From positions 115,012,001-115,076,000 of the forward strand of contig NC_086097.1 of the NCBI RefSeq assembly GCF_963921235.1: a stretch of DNA of 64,000 nucleotides, written 5' to 3'. This document shows, in pieces, positions 1 to 13,954 of this stretch; the stretch's first letter is position 1, and every line of letters begins with the position of its first letter. The notes under the pieces are model-generated. The model saw only the letters and a list, made by a program, of their open reading frames with translations. It ran no database searches and was not told the origin of the DNA. The translations under genes were made by a program, and so were the position numbers. This DNA comes from Mobula hypostoma. Its lineage: Eukaryota.

Positions 1-172
1 TTTGTTTTTAAGTTTAGTCACTATTCTAATGCAGGAAGCAATTTCACACAATAAGTCACCAAGACGAGATTAAATACAGATCAGATAATTTGTTTCAATG
101 GTGCTTATAGGAGGAGAAATATTAACCATAATTCCCTAAGGGCAGCACAGTAGCATAGTGGGAATAAATTGC

Positions 173-952
173 TGTGTTATATTACATTTTGTAAAACGTT
201 GAATGAATGTCTGAACTGTTCAAAATGACAATTTAACTCTTTGTAACCTTACAGCATTTAGTGTGTCTGTACAAGGTATATACTGTTGTTCTATTAATGT
301 CTGCAGCTGGATTCTTTCTTAGTCTCAGGCATCATTAACATGAAAAAGTCTGCCAATGACTAAATATCTGTTGTTCCCTTTGAGAGCTAAATTGATGGAT
401 TCCTTTTTGGGTTCAGGCTTATCGCTTATGTAACATTAATATTGTTTTGTATGTCAGAATGTTAGGTCCAAACCAGTGGCAGATTGATGGATAAGAAGTG
501 ACCCATTAGAGTGTCTAATTGATTTATAAGGGTATGGTGACCAATATGTTAATGAGCCCATGTATTGTTTGAATGAAAGAAAGGCATGAGAACAAAAGAT
601 CAAAGAATTTATCTGTCTCTGTATGTCCCTCTGTGCTTATGATATTCATATGTACTGGGGGACCTTCCCTGGGTTTGTTGGACTTCACAACCAGTGCCTC
701 GGACCCAGAGGTGGCTTCATGAGCGAGTCCGAATTCAGAGATTCCCGGACAACAGCGACAATCAAGTGGTGACTAAGAATTGAGAGCCCTGAAATATCTG
801 TGGAAATTTTTGTGGCATTCTGTGTTGTTTATTTGTGCTTTCTGTTTTATGACAATAAATTAGCCTTAAGTTACTTTGTTATACTTGTACACTTACTACC
901 ACATCTCGTGGACACCCGAATTGTTTGGGTCTGACCAACTCAGCCCATTACA
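173..952 (+). mobile_element. Solo LTR inserted into a tRNA-SINE head
   Basis: Starts TG (173), ends CA (952); perfect 5-bp TSD ATTGC at 168-172 and 953-957; AATAAA at 854. Removing it rejoins a SINE-head-like GGCAGCACAGTAGCATAGTGG...ATTGCTTCAC. Confidence 0.8.
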
Positions 953-974
953 ATTGCTTCACCGAGTAACACAT

Positions 975-1457
975 ATAAAGACCATAAGACCATAAGACAA
1001 AGGAGCAGAAGGCAGCCATTCGGCCCATCGAGTCTGCTCCGCCATTTTATCATGAGCTGATCCATTCTTCCATTTGGTCCCACTCCCCCGCCTTCTCACC
1101 ATAACCTTTGATGCCCTGGCTACTCAGATACCTATCAATCTCTGCCTTAAATACACCCAATGACTTGGCCTCCATCGCCGCCTGTGGCAACAAATTCCAT
1201 AGATTCACCACCCTCTGACTAAAAAAATTTCTTCGCATTTCTGTTCTGAATGGGCGCCCTTCAATCCTTAAGTCATGCCCTCTTGTACTAGACTCCCCCA
1301 TAACGGGAAACAACTTTGCCACATCCACTCTGTCTATGCCTTTCAACATTCGAAATGTTTCTGTGAGGTCTCCCCTCATTCTTCTAAACTCCAAGGAATA
1401 CAGTACAAGAGCGGACAAACGTTTCTCATATGTTAACCCTCTCATTCCCGGAATCAT
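975..1457 (-). mobile_element. CR1 LINE 3' fragment (ORF2 C-terminus, 3' UTR, short tandem tail)
   Basis: ORF 1050-1475 has LYSLEFRRMRGDL...FFSQRVVNLWNLLP, typical of the CR1 ORF2 end; (TCTTATGG)n-type tail at ~980-998. Confidence 0.9.
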
Positions 1458-1549
1458 GCTAAAATGCGAGAACAAGTCAGCAGGTCAGGCAGCATTAATG
1501 AAAAGGAATAAACAGATGACATTTTAGGCCAAGACCCTTCATATGGACT

Positions 1550-1822
1550 ACTTTACAATGCCAGCTTTCACCGATCGGGATCCTGTTTCTGCCTGTAAGG
1601 AGAACATAAATACATTTTCCCATGACCACGTGTGTTTCCTCCAAGTGTTCCAGTTTCCTCCCACATTCCAAAGGAGTAGTTAGGGTTCGTGAGTTTCTAG
1701 CATGTCATGTTGGCATCGGAAACATGCTAACACTTGTGGGCAGCCCAGCATAATCCTCGCTGATTTGATTTGATGCAAGCCATGTGTTTCAAAGTACATG
1801 TGACACATAAGGCACATCTTAA
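1550..1822 (+). mobile_element. tRNA-derived V-SINE-like element (related copies ~5395-5700+, 6635-6810+, 14220-14350-, 34455-34765+, 42215-42510+, 42903-43220-)
   Basis: Shared central GTTTCCTCCCACATTCCAAA motif, GGTAGCGCAGTGGTTAG-like head in longer copies, and a common GTACATGTGACAAATAAAGCTAATCTTT-like tail. Confidence 0.7.
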
Positions 1823-3039
1823 GCCCTGCCTGAAATAGTGCATTAGTATCGTTACATAGTTGAGGGGCACACAAGATGTTGATTTAATAAGTTATTTGTT
1901 ATATGGCACCTCCAACGAAGCAGCACTTCTCCAATCCTGTGCAGGAATGTCATGCTGGATGGGTTGACATCACTGATGTGTGTAACTTAAAAGAAACACA
2001 AAGGTTTATGATACCCACTGATTCACAGCTTCCCCCATCAATAATACATGTGCAGTGAGCTTGGATGGGGCTATCGCTGTAGTATTCTAAACCTGGAATC
2101 AGATATTCCATTATCCAAGGGCTATAGATCAAAAAAGTAGATGCTTACAAGTGAAGAATATCAATTAGTCTCAGTGAGACAGCTAAATATGAAAGTAGTT
2201 CTTTGATGATAAAGCTTTCATGTGCTTGATCCTCTCCTTTCAAACAAAAATTTTGAAATTCTTTCCTTTTGTGGTTACCTTCCCGAGAGGACTTATTATA
2301 CAAATCCAACAGTACCATGCTTCAGGCAGTTTACAAAACATTGATGTTTTCAGCTACTAATTAATTTTTCACTCTTAAATTGGTGTACAATGGAGGAAGA
2401 TTTCATCTGTGTTCAATGTGTTATGAAATTGTCATCCCATTGTTTTCCAGGCAGTTTTGGAATTAATTTATAACAGGGCACTGAGGAATCATTGGATTGA
2501 TGTTACTGTGGAACCCAGTTGCATGCAAAACACAAAATATTTCATTTCACAAACACAAGATGCTGGACATCCAGAGTAACATGCACAAAATGCTGGAGGA
2601 ACTTAGCAGGTCCGGCAGCAACCACAGTGAGGAATAAAAAGTTGATATTTCAGGCGAGGCACTTCATCCACATTTGGAGGAAACATCTCCAGAATCGATT
2701 TTGTTCATATCTCCTAGAATCTTGTTTATCATAATAAAATTTCCTCTTATTATTTGACACTCCAATGAACAGGAGACCAATCACTCAAATTTTCATCAAA
2801 GGTCAACCCCTCCAGCCCAGGTAACAACCTAAACATTTTTTTTCTGCGTTGTCTCCAATGCAAGTATATTATTTCTTTGATATGGAGATTTAAAAAAACA
2901 GTATGGGTGTACTGGGGTGTGACTAGTGTTTCATGCAAACAACTACTTGGAGCCACAGGTGAGAGCTGAGTGTCCGGTGGGAACCACGGATGAACGAGCT
3001 GCCCTTGTATGGACATTGCAAGCTCATTCACCAGAGGTG

Positions 3040-3610
3040 CTATCCCCTCCCTGGACACCCCATTTACCACATGTGCCAGTCTGGTGTCTTTAAGTGCCTT
3101 CAACGTCATTACCACCATGACCACTTGCAGCACATTCTAGGCATCCACCACTCCCTGTATAAAAACATCATCCTACACATCTTCCATGAACTTCCTCCTT
3201 TTCACCTTAAACTTGTGCTCTCTGATAATAGACATTTTGACTCTGGGCAAAATATTAACAGATACCTACTCTATCCATGCCTCTCAAAATGTTATAAACT
3301 TCTATCAGGTCTCCTCTCAGCGTTCGACACTCCAGAGAAGACAACCCAAGTTTGTCGAATCTCTCCATATAGCACGTGCCACTAATCTATAGATTAGTAT
3401 CTTTGTAGATAATCTGTATCATCTACAAAGCCTCCACGTGCTTCCTGTAATGGGGAGATCCAAAAATAAATGTAATACTCTGGATACGGCCTAACCAGTT
3501 TTATAAAGCTGAAATATAAACTTCTTGATTCATGAACTCATTTCCTTGATTAATAAAGACAAGCATTGAAAAAGCCTTCTTTATCCCCCATCAACAAGTG
3601 CAGCTACTTC
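3040..3610 (-). mobile_element. Degraded CR1 ORF2 3' fragment
   Basis: Reverse complement resembles the RRLRGDLIEVY / 3' CR1 region seen in the other copies. Confidence 0.6.
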
Positions 3611-4574
3611 AGAATCAGATTTAACATAACCGCAGTGATCGGGAAGGCATAAGAGTGCACATTTGAGCCTGCTGATTACACTGCTCTGCTCCTTGAAGGA
3701 TGTGATGTGACTAGCTCAAAAGTGTCACCACACTTGCCAGCACCTACACCTTGGGAACAGGGGTTGATGCACAACCACTTCAGGGCATTGTCAAATCTGC
3801 CCCATCTTCCTCCTTAACACAGATGGTCCCACTGTTTTTTCTGCCCCTTTCTCCCTTCTCTGCACTTTAAAATGTGATTATCTCAAATATAATCTGGTTC
3901 TGAAGATGGTAAGGTTTTCTGTTGGCCCAAATTCCTGCACTGAGCCACTTGCCAGTTAACATTTTTACCTCAAGGTTTAGAACTGATTAATTGAAATAAA
4001 ATTCTGCGAAGCTGCATTAACAATTTACTTTGACACCAATCTGGAAAAAAAATCTTCTCCCGTGATATAATAATTAGATTTCCTACACCAGCCATCATTA
4101 TGGATTTTTGCACAAGATTTGCTAAAATAGTCTTTATGTTTGGTTGTTTTTTAAACTGAGGAGTTTTGCTTAATAGACTGCAGATTGAACACTTCCATAC
4201 GAGCCCTTTTTGAAAACCAATGGGGTCACTTTTTGCAAATGGATTTAAACATGATCCAGAGATAACAGATTGATGGATCCATTATTCCACTGACTCTCTG
4301 GCGCAATTTTTCTGGAAGTGTTTGCACAGGAGGACAGAGCACAAGTCTGTGTTGTATTTATATATACTTGTCCTTCACAAGGTCAGTTATATGGAGAAAC
4401 TGAGAATAAGGCAGAAGGTAATGGACTCCTTATTCATGAATGCTTATCCCCACAGGTTACACTAGCTAATAAGCAATGTAAGGAGAAATACATTTACCCA
4501 TATAGGCATCCTGGCTTGTGTAAGGACAGACTAAATTGTTTAGCTGGTCTGGTTCTTTCCTGATAGATATTTCC

Positions 4575-4908
4575 ATCTAATTGTATGTACTTCTCACTGG
4601 GGTTGGGTCGGACTACAACTAGAGATCACAGGTTAAGGGTATAAGGTGAAACATTTAAGGAGAACATGAGGGGAAACTTCTTCACTCAGAGGGTTGTGAG
4701 AGTGTGGAAGAAGCAGCCAAGACAAGCAGTGCATGCAAGCTCGATTTCAACTTTTAAGATAAATTTGTACAGGTACATGGATTACAGCTGTATAGAGGGC
4801 TATGGTCCCTGTGCAGGTTGATGGGAATAGGCAACTTAAATGGTTTCAACATGGACTAGATGGGCCAAAGGGTCTGTTTCTGTGCTGCACTTTAATATGA
4901 CTCTATAA
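4575..4908 (+). mobile_element. CR1 3' end fragment
   Basis: AACTTCTTCACTCAGAGGGTTGTGAGAGTGTGG (NFFTQRVVRVW) followed by a CR1-type 3' UTR (GGGCCAAAGGGTCTGTTTCTGTGCTG). Confidence 0.75.
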
Positions 4909-6811
4909 CAGAAGAAAATACCATATTTTCCAGCTTTTAATGCCACTGGTACACTTTCAGATTCAGAATCATTTATTTATCACACGTACATCAAAACATA
5001 CAGTGAAAATTGTGTTGGTTATTTTAACAACCAACACAACCTAATGATGAGCTGGAGGTAGCCCACAAGTATCACATGTTCTGGCACTAACAAAGGATGC
5101 CCACAATTTTCAACAGTTTAAAGATGGACTTTTATACCTGACATGAGTACTTGCCTGCCAATATCTAATCCTGATTCAAAAAAAGTGAGGGGATAGATAG
5201 GATAAAAAGATCATCTGTATTTCGTTGAGGCCAAATTTGCCATCAGGGTAATTTGTTTAAGTCCTCTTGTCAAATGGATGAACTGAGCAATCAGTGGGTG
5301 ATAATGCGGAATATGTAATGGGTATTGTGAATAGCAGGGTTGTGGGATGTGTTACCAAAGAGGGAAAGTCTGAGCCAAATCAGATGTCTTAGAGTGACAT
5401 GGTAGCGCAGTGGTTAGGGTAACACTTTACAGTGCCAGCTGTCACACTGAGATCCAATTGCTGCCACTTTAAAGAGTCCGTACAGTCTCCGCATGACTGC
5501 CTCGGTTCTCCAGTTTCCTCCCACATTCCAAACCGTACAGTTAGGGTTAGTGAGCTATGGGCACGCTATGTTGATGTTGAATATGTAGCAGCGAGCTACT
5601 AAGCACAATCCTTGCTGACACAGATGACACATTTCACTCTGTGTTTTGATGTGCATGTGACAAATGAAGCTAATCTTTACTCTTCGATCTTTAACCTTTA
5701 TTCCTTAATCTTTAGAACGGAAACAGACAGTTCTGATACAGATTGAGACACCAAATTGCTTAAGGCTGCAGAATTCAGCTTTGACTACAGAAGGCTGCAG
5801 ACAGAAGAAGAAATTTTGCTTAAGGTTACCATAAGATCTAATCATAAGAGCGTAGATGGCCACAGACTTATGGGTGTAGGATGGAGAATGAAAATGATAT
5901 GTGGTAGAATGGAACATATGGACTTATCTTGGGTTCTAGATGGTGGGAAATAATGAGATGCGAGGATAAGTGCTGCGTACCAGTGAGGTTGGTGGGGATG
6001 GAAGTGCTGATCATGGAGTCATTAAGGCAAGCATCCTTATCAAATGCTGAAAGGATGGAGTGGTGGTCAAAGATGTTTGTGTAGGTGAAAGCATTTGGAA
6101 ACGGGCAGGTATTGTGGAAGCTGATGCATTCAATTCAGAGTCTGCTGAAGGGGATGGTGAGACCCTGGTGAAACTGATCCTTATCCTGTCCAGGAAGAGA
6201 GGGGCTGGGTGCAGGAAATAAATGAGAGAAAGCTCTGATTCAGGAAAATGGAAGACATGCCAGAAACATCTAAGTGGAAAACCCTGTCTTCAGAGCAATT
6301 ACGATGGAGATGGAGGAATTGGACATGAAATAGAGTTTTTACAGGAATCCAATGGTAATGCTTTTTGTGGTCAGTACATGGTCCTGCATAGCATTCCTAT
6401 CTCCAAGACCCTCCTAGGAATCTAAGATGCGAATAGTAGGGTGCTGTTTGAAATCACCACTGGCTCCACTTTAGAAACATTGATATTGGGAGGGTTGTCC
6501 ACCTACACATTTTGGAATGTAGTCAGAGAGTGGACAGGTAGAGGTGGAGGGGCTGTCCATGTTATGATGACAGAACAAGGGAGTTTCTTCGGAAATGCTG
6601 CAACGTGTCAGCTAATTGCTGTACATGGGGGAGGGGGGCACAGTAGCACACTGGCTAGCGTAATACCATTACTGCACCAGTAACCCGGGTTCAATTCCTG
6701 CTGCTGTGTGTAAGGAGTTGGGAACATTCTCTGGGTGCTCCAGTTTCCTCCCTTATTCCAAAGGCATACAGGTAAGTAGGTTAACTAGTCACATGGGTGT
6801 AATTGGCTTGT

Positions 6812-8550
6812 TCAAGTTTCAAAGTTCAAATTAAATTTATTATCAAAGTACATATGTATATGTCACCATATACTACCCTGAGATTGTTTTACTGTGAATG
6901 CCTGCAAGAAAATCAAAGAAATACAACAGAATCAATGAAAAGCTGCACACAAAAAGATTGACAAACAACCAACGTGCAAAAGACAATCTGCACAAACACA
7001 AAAAGACAAATGATAATTAAATAGTCAAACAAATAAGTAAATAACACCGAGAACATGGAGTTATAGGGTCTTTGAAATAAAATCGATAGGTTGTGGAATT
7101 AGTTCACAGTTGAGTTTGAGCAGCCCGTTACTGTGGTGCATTTCTAAGTAATATACTGTAAATTCATCATGAGGGAAAAGCCCCAGTGAGGACCAGGGAT
7201 GGGATTGTTGCTCATATCTAATCTTTGATTTACTAAGAGTTAAACGTAAGTAGTACAAACCACTGGTACAAAAGGAAGGAAATACTTCTTTTTCCACAAC
7301 AATGGGCATTCACCTGGATAATGTGTTGCCTGTGGTTGAACATCTGCCGCACACTGAGGAAGCTGATTCCCTCTTGTTTCATTAAAATAGGAGAGTTCAC
7401 AGCATGTTCTAGTGAAGCAGCTTGAATGCAGTCAAGGGCATCCTCTGCCATGGAGATGGCTGCAATCTGTGCAGACCTTTGCAATCACACCATCTGCTTA
7501 TCTCTGGTAAAAGAAAATAAAATGAAATTGTCTCTTCCATCAGTATAAGGCTCTAACTTTGCTTGGAGTTTCGGTAGGTTTGGTATGTCAAAGACATGGA
7601 TATCTTCACTCACCTCAACCTTGAACTGACTCTACAACCTATTGATATTCTTCCAAGGACTCTACAATTCAGTATCACATATTTACTTTTTTATTATTTA
7701 AGCAATTTATCTTCTTTTCATTGTTTGTCAGTCTTTGTTATTTTTAGTTTTTCAGAAATTCCATTTTTTTTAATTGTCTGCAAGAAAACGAATCTCATAG
7801 TAGTGTATGGTGACATAAACGTACTTCAGTAATAAATTTACTTTGAACACGCTTACAAGTTTCTATAGATGTATGGTGGAATGCCTTCTGGGTGGTTGCA
7901 TCACAGCCTAATATGGATCCTCCAATGTGCACAGGGTTTAGACTCAGCCTGCTCTATCACAGCATAACCCTCTTCACCATCAAGAACATCAAAAGATAAT
8001 GCCTTAAGAAGGCAGCATCCATCACCGAGGAACCTCACCGTGAAGGTCACGCTTTCACGGTACAACCATCAGGGAGAAGGAGCAGGATCCAGAAGACCCA
8101 CACTCAATGATTTAGGAACAGCTTCGTCGCTTCTGTCATTAGATGTCTGCAAGGTCGATGGTTTATAAAGCTATAGGGTCAGAGTTCCTCATTTAAATTT
8201 CCGAAATTATCAAGTTTAGGGATGGGCCACGTTCAGCTCGCTGCTTGGCAAGGTTTACTTACTTCTGCACTGAACTAAGGCTGCGACTACAATGGATGGG
8301 CTCCTGGGTCAGCTCTGACTGGCGTTGTGGCTGTAAGCTCAATTTCGTGAACCTTACTTCTGAATGTTATTTGCAAATGTTCTATTGTTTTCATGATTTC
8401 TTCTTCTTTTTGAACATAGTTTGCCAGTCTTTTCTTCTTAATGGGTTCTACTGAGTTTCTTTGTTTCGTAGCTACCTGCAAGGAGATGAATCTCAAGGCG
8501 ATATAATAGATGCTATATATACTTCGACAATAAATGTACTTTCAACTTTG
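6812..8550. mobile_element. Cluster of Rex1/Babar-type LINE 3' fragments (both orientations)
   Basis: Repeated 3' terminus AAGAAAATGAATCTC...GGTGACAT...ATAAATTTACTTTGAAC (minus ~6812-6900; plus ~7780-7850 and ~8480-8550) and a FYRCMVE..LGGCITA ORF-end remnant at ~7860. Confidence 0.65.
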
Positions 8551-8624
8551 ATAATGCTAAATTTGATTATCTGCCTTCTAATATGTATTTTGTATTGTGG
8601 TAATGAATATTTTTTCTTAATCAG

Positions 8625-8718
8625 CGCTTGGGAAGCCCTCTGGACTGCATTGTTCACAGCACTGACAACGGATGCTGAGACTATGCCTAACCCTTACACA
8701 ATTACTGACAATACAAGG
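8625..8718 (+). CDS. Candidate exon of an unidentified host gene; putative ATG at 8672 (MLRLCLTLTQLLTIQ G/)
   Basis: Acceptor TTTTTCTTAATCAG| and donor AGG|GTAAAG in non-repetitive sequence; in-frame TGA 9 nt upstream of the ATG; 47 coding nt end in phase 2, matching the exon at 20981. Confidence 0.45.
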
Positions 8719-8830
8719 GTAAAGCTAGGTTCGATGCTATACCAATGACTCTGTATTTTGCAGCAAACACCAACGTTATGGAACAAGGATGATGCTCAAG
8801 ACTGGTTATCGTCATTCATTAATACACAAG

Positions 8831-9445
8831 TGTTATGGAGAACAAAACGATTGGTACCCTAGATCCAATTTGGTATGAAAAATAAATAATAAAGCCCAGT
8901 AATTTTGTAGCTTGGGGAAAACTACAAACGCAGAACAACAAATACTGTTCCTGGCCTTTAATTCCTTTATCTGTATTAGATGTTTTATTGCAGAAATAGG
9001 GTATGAAAATAAAAATGATGAAATGTATTTAAAATACACAGTTTCCGCTGTTACAATCTCGGACCACACCCTAGTTATGTATGTAGTATGAAAATAACTA
9101 AAACAAAATATACAAAACCAAAACGGTAGTGGCAATTCTAAAAAAAGCAATACCAACAACGCTAGAATACCACCAACCCTGTACCTTATACACATCATCA
9201 AAAAAAAGAATAAATTAATCTCATCTTAACTAAATGATATACTCACATTTGCACACACGTGCTTAACTTCCAAACTTATATAGGCTAGATCCTGAAACGA
9301 GTTCTCTTCGCTCACACCACGTGAACAGAGAGTAACACATCACATTCCTCCGTTACATTCACATTCGGTCATGAAACAATGAAGAAAGAACATTACAACC
9401 TTTCGTTCTAATCGACCCATGTAAGATGTCTTTCTCTTAAAGACA
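8831..9445 (-). mobile_element. Probable solo LTR
   Basis: TG...CA termini, near-TSD CAAG/CAGG, minus-strand AATAAA near 8985. Confidence 0.4.
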
Positions 9446-10332
9446 CAGGCAGCTATTTTATCATTATCAAGGTGAATATGTAAGTGCACTTTAATAATAA
9501 AAAATTCAACAGTCACCTGGTTACAGTAGGCATAAAGAACACAGTAAAAAATACAATAAATATAAATAAGAGTAGCTTACATACAATACATAGACTGATT
9601 ATTTTCATAAAGTGATGTTATGTACAGGAGGATCTGTACATAGGTGACTTTGACAGGAAATGATAAGGCAGTGATGGCGGAGAGTGTGTTGGGGTGCTTA
9701 ATGGTTGGAGGAGTTGATCAGCCTGCAGGCTTGCAGTGGATGTATATTCAAGCAGGGATTGGGCCCATTTCCGGTGGGAATGAGATTATTTAAGACAAGG
9801 GGCTGATATTTTCATAATATGAAACAAGATTGCTATGCTCTCCTGGTTCTGGTTCATTGCTTGATGGGGCCAGAGAAAAGATTTCTATCCTACAGCTCCA
9901 CTCCTACTCCACCATCCCCAAATCAAACTACACAAATTGTGTTTTCCTTGCCATTTGCAGGGCACCACAAGGGTCATGGTTGCTATTTATGAGTGAGTGG
10001 TGGTTGGTGGGAAAATGACTGTTTAGGGTGATGGCTAGCATTCTAATCAAGTAGGCCGTTTTAGTCTTGGATGATATGGAGTTGCTTGAATAATGTTCCA
10101 GGTGTAGTTACCCAGGTAAGTAGAAAGTGTTTGATTAAACTACTGATTTGTGCCTTATATTGTTGGTTACGCTTTAGTCAGGAGATGAATTATCTACAGG
10201 ACATCCAGCCTCTGTCCTGCTCTTTTCGCTATTGTGTTTGTATGGCTGCTCCAGTTAAAATTCTGGTCAATGGGAATCCCCAGGATGTTGATGGTGGGGG
10301 AATCTGATGACATTCACACCATTGGAATGTCA

Positions 10333-11860
10333 ATTGAATTGACTTTATTACTTACATCCTTCACCTACAGGAGGAGTAAAAATCTTCACATTACATCTCC
10401 ATCTAAATGTGCAATATGCAATTAATAGTAATTTATAATAAATAGTATGTACAACAGGACAGCCAATATTACATAGAAATACAGTTGTATCCGCATGAAT
10501 CAATCAGTCTGATGCCCTGGTGGAAGAAGCTGTCCCGGAGTCTGTTGGTCCTGGCTTTTATGCTGCGGTACTGTTCCCTGGATAGTAGCTGTTGGAACAG
10601 ATTGTGGTTGGGGTGACTTGGGTCCCCAATGATCCTTCGGGCCCCTTTTACACACCTGTCTTTTCAAATGTTCTGAATAGTGGGAAGTTCACAACTACAG
10701 ATGCGCTGGGCTGTCCGCACCACTCTCTGCAGAGTCCTGTGATTGAGGGAAGTACAGTTTCCATACCAGGCAGTGATGCAGCTGGTCAGGATGCTCTCAA
10801 TTGTGTCCCTGTAGAAAGTCTTTAGGATTTGGGGACCCATACCAAACTTCTTTAACTGTCTGAGGTAAAAGAGGCACTGTTGTGCCTTTTTCACCACACA
10901 GCCGGTATGTACAGCCCACGTGAGATCCTTGGTGATGTTTATGCCGAGGAATGTAAAGCTGTTCACCCTCTCAACCCCAGATCCATTGATGTCAATAGCG
11001 GCTAGCCTGTCTCCATTCCTCCTGTAGCCACAACCTTTGCGACATTTGTTTTTTGCTTTTGCGACATTGAGGGAGAGGTTGTTTTATTGACACCACTGTG
11101 TCAGGGTGATGACTTCCTCTCTGTAATCTGCCTCATTATTATTTGATATTAGACCAATCAGTGTAGTGTCATCAGTAAATTTAATTAGCATATTGGAGCT
11201 GTGGGTGGTGATACAGTCGTGGGTATACAGAGAGTAAAGGAGGGGGCTTGGTACACAGCCCTGAGGGACACCTGTGTTGAGGGTCAGAGGGGAAGAGTTG
11301 AGGGAGCCCACTCTTACCACCTGCCGGTGATCTGACAGGAAGTCCAAGATCCAGCTGCACAAGGCAGGGTGAAGGCCGAGGTTTCTGAGCTTCTTGTGGA
11401 GCCTGGAAGGAATTATGGTGTTGAATGCTGAACTGTAGTCTAAGAACAGTATTCTCACATAAACATACCTCTTCTCTGGATGTGTAAGGACCGTGTGTAG
11501 AGCTGTGGCTATTGCATCATCTGTCAATTGGTTGTGTCACTAGGCAAATTGTAGGGGGTCCAGTGTGGGTGGTAGCAAGCTGCAGATGTAGTCCTTTACC
11601 AGTCACTCAAAGCATTTGCTTATTATTGAGGTGAGTGCGACAGGACGCCAGTCGTTCAGGCAGGTTACCTTGGTCTTTTTAGGTACCTGAACAGTGGATG
11701 GTTTTAACTATGGCCACCTCATGTTTCAGTTTCTGCCTGTACTTTGGCAGCAGAAAAATGGAGGAGTGGTCTGATTTTCCAAATGGGAGGGAGGTGAAGG
11801 AACACTTTGTAAGTGTTGCAGAAACGAGAGTAGCAGTGGTCGAGTACGCTATCTCCCTGT
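10333..11860 (-). mobile_element. Rex1/Babar LINE, 5'-truncated and decayed
   Basis: RT motifs [48 protein letters not shown]-terminal FYRDTIESILTSCITAWYG; AATAAAGTCAATTCAATT tail. Confidence 0.9.
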
Positions 11861-12882
11861 GCACTCACCTGGATGTGTCAGCAAAACTTTGGAGAGAGTT
11901 TAGACAGTGACGCTCTATTCTTGAATAATGCCTTGCTAGAGAGAGCTATTAACTGGAACCTTTGTGCAGCAAAAGTTGTGTGGAGCAAAAGTTACCACTT
12001 AACAGATCATGTTTGTCTAACTGCAGGCAGACACAAACATATTTATTTTCTGACAAGTTATGAATGAAAATAGTCACTGTGTCATCAATAGTGAATGTCT
12101 CTGCTTCTGATATTGTTGTGGAAGGAAGAGCAGCAGTTGACAGTGGCTGGTTCTAGGACATAGGCCCAAGGAACTTGTTCAGTGAAGTGTGATGTTGCAT
12201 AGGTAAGCTAATGCTGCCTTCCTTTGTGCAGTATGATCCCACCATTGAAATGATTTCTTCTTGATGCCTTTTTTCTGCAGTTTTACCAAAGTGCCTTAAT
12301 GCCACGTTGGGTCAGTGGATGTTGCTGGAGCCAGGTTTAATCAATGTACTTGATGGATTGGATATCATGATGTGTTTTCTGGTTTATGGTTGCTCCTTTT
12401 TTGGTTGCAATTTTTGGGGCTTTGAATCAGAGCAGCCTGCAGATAATGAACACTGAGCTGAATTGAATATGGACTCTTGGCTTTTGTGTTTTATATTCTG
12501 TGCTTTTGCTTGTTCTTTCACGTTGCCATTGCATTTTTTTGTGTATATGGGGGGTGGGGGCTTGATGTGCCTGTTGATGTTTGAGTGATTTGTGTTTTTT
12601 TTGCTTGTGGGTGGTGTTGATGTTTTTCTTTGAACAGGTTCCATGGTTTTCTTTCTTTTGTGGCTGTCTGTGGAGAAGATAATCTCAGGGTTGTATACTG
12701 CATACTTACTTTGATAATAAATGTAATTTAAATATACACCTTGATATCACATCACCTCTGGAACTGAGCTCTTTAGTCTGTGTTTGGACCAAGACCATAA
12801 ATAATTCTGGGGCAAGCCTTTATAAAACTCTGGCTGGTCATGGGTGAGCAGATTATAAGTAGGCATTTGCTACTTGATAATA

Positions 12883-13275
12883 TTTGTAGTGTGATCACTC
12901 AAATCGAGTATGACTCAAGTCGACTATGGAATTATTTCCTTCATGGAGAACACCCGTGCGTGACTTTGTTTACTGTGGTGAAGCTGCTCCACGGGCAGCC
13001 GCCACACGGTTCAGGGTCAGGGTCCAGTCACATGGGGTGCCAGATGACTGGGGACCTTTCAGTGCTGCAGCCTTCCTCACATTCACTGTCATTGTGATGT
13101 GTCGTCCTTTGCTTTCAGCTCCACCATAGAGGTCTTGGTTGACCCTATCGCCATCGATGATCTTACCACAACAGGTGACCCTACAAGGAGCTAGGCTCCA
13201 GGCGGCTCGCTCTTGGGGTCTCAGAAAGTCACAAGACTCTGCACCACGACAAGGTGACAATTGCTGGAGAAGGCC
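12883..13275 (-). mobile_element. Short non-autonomous RTE-like element (393 bp)
   Basis: 11-bp TSD ACTTGATAATA (12872-12882 / 13276-13286); minus-strand 5' motif CACCTTGTCGTGGTG resembling RTE 5' UTRs; two imperfect 16-bp tandem units at the 3' end (12897-12928). Confidence 0.6.
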
Positions 13276-13954
13276 ACTTGATAATACCATCAATGACACT
13301 TTCACACTGCTGGTGTCTCAGTGAAGAACGGTTGGTAATTTGTGGATTTAGATTTGCCTTTTTTTTGTTGATTAAGCATGCTGGGTAGAGGTTAACGTTG
13401 AATTGTACTGGAACAGCTTGGCTAGAGGGGCAGTCCAAGAATTCAGTACTACAGCTGGGATATAGTTTGGTCCTACAGCTCAAGTTCTGTCCAGTTGTCT
13501 CAGCTATTTCTTTATTTCAAGTGGAGTGATATGAACCGGCTTCTCTGTGGGGAAGGACCTCAGGAAGAATTTGGCGCGGATTGTCCACTTAACACTTCTG
13601 GCTGAACATGTCAGCAAATATTTCAGCCATGCCATTTGCACTCATATGTTGAGCCTCCTTCACTGAGAGTGAGGCAGACCCTCGAACCTTCTCCTCTGTT
13701 CAGCTCTTTAGTTTTCCACCGTGATTCTTGACATGATGCAACAGGACAGCTGAACTTCAATCTGACCTGCTAGATGTGGGATTAGTTGTCTCCTGTTGGA
13801 TTAAAATTTTAGTTTTTAACCTATATTTTCAATCAGCTTCATCAGACTAGAGCTTCATTGTTAGCTCTGTCTGCGTTGTTCCCAACCTGTCCTTATATTC
13901 TCCTAATGGCATTGGTGTTGGTCTCCTTATTTGATTTTGACTACAGAGTGAGGA

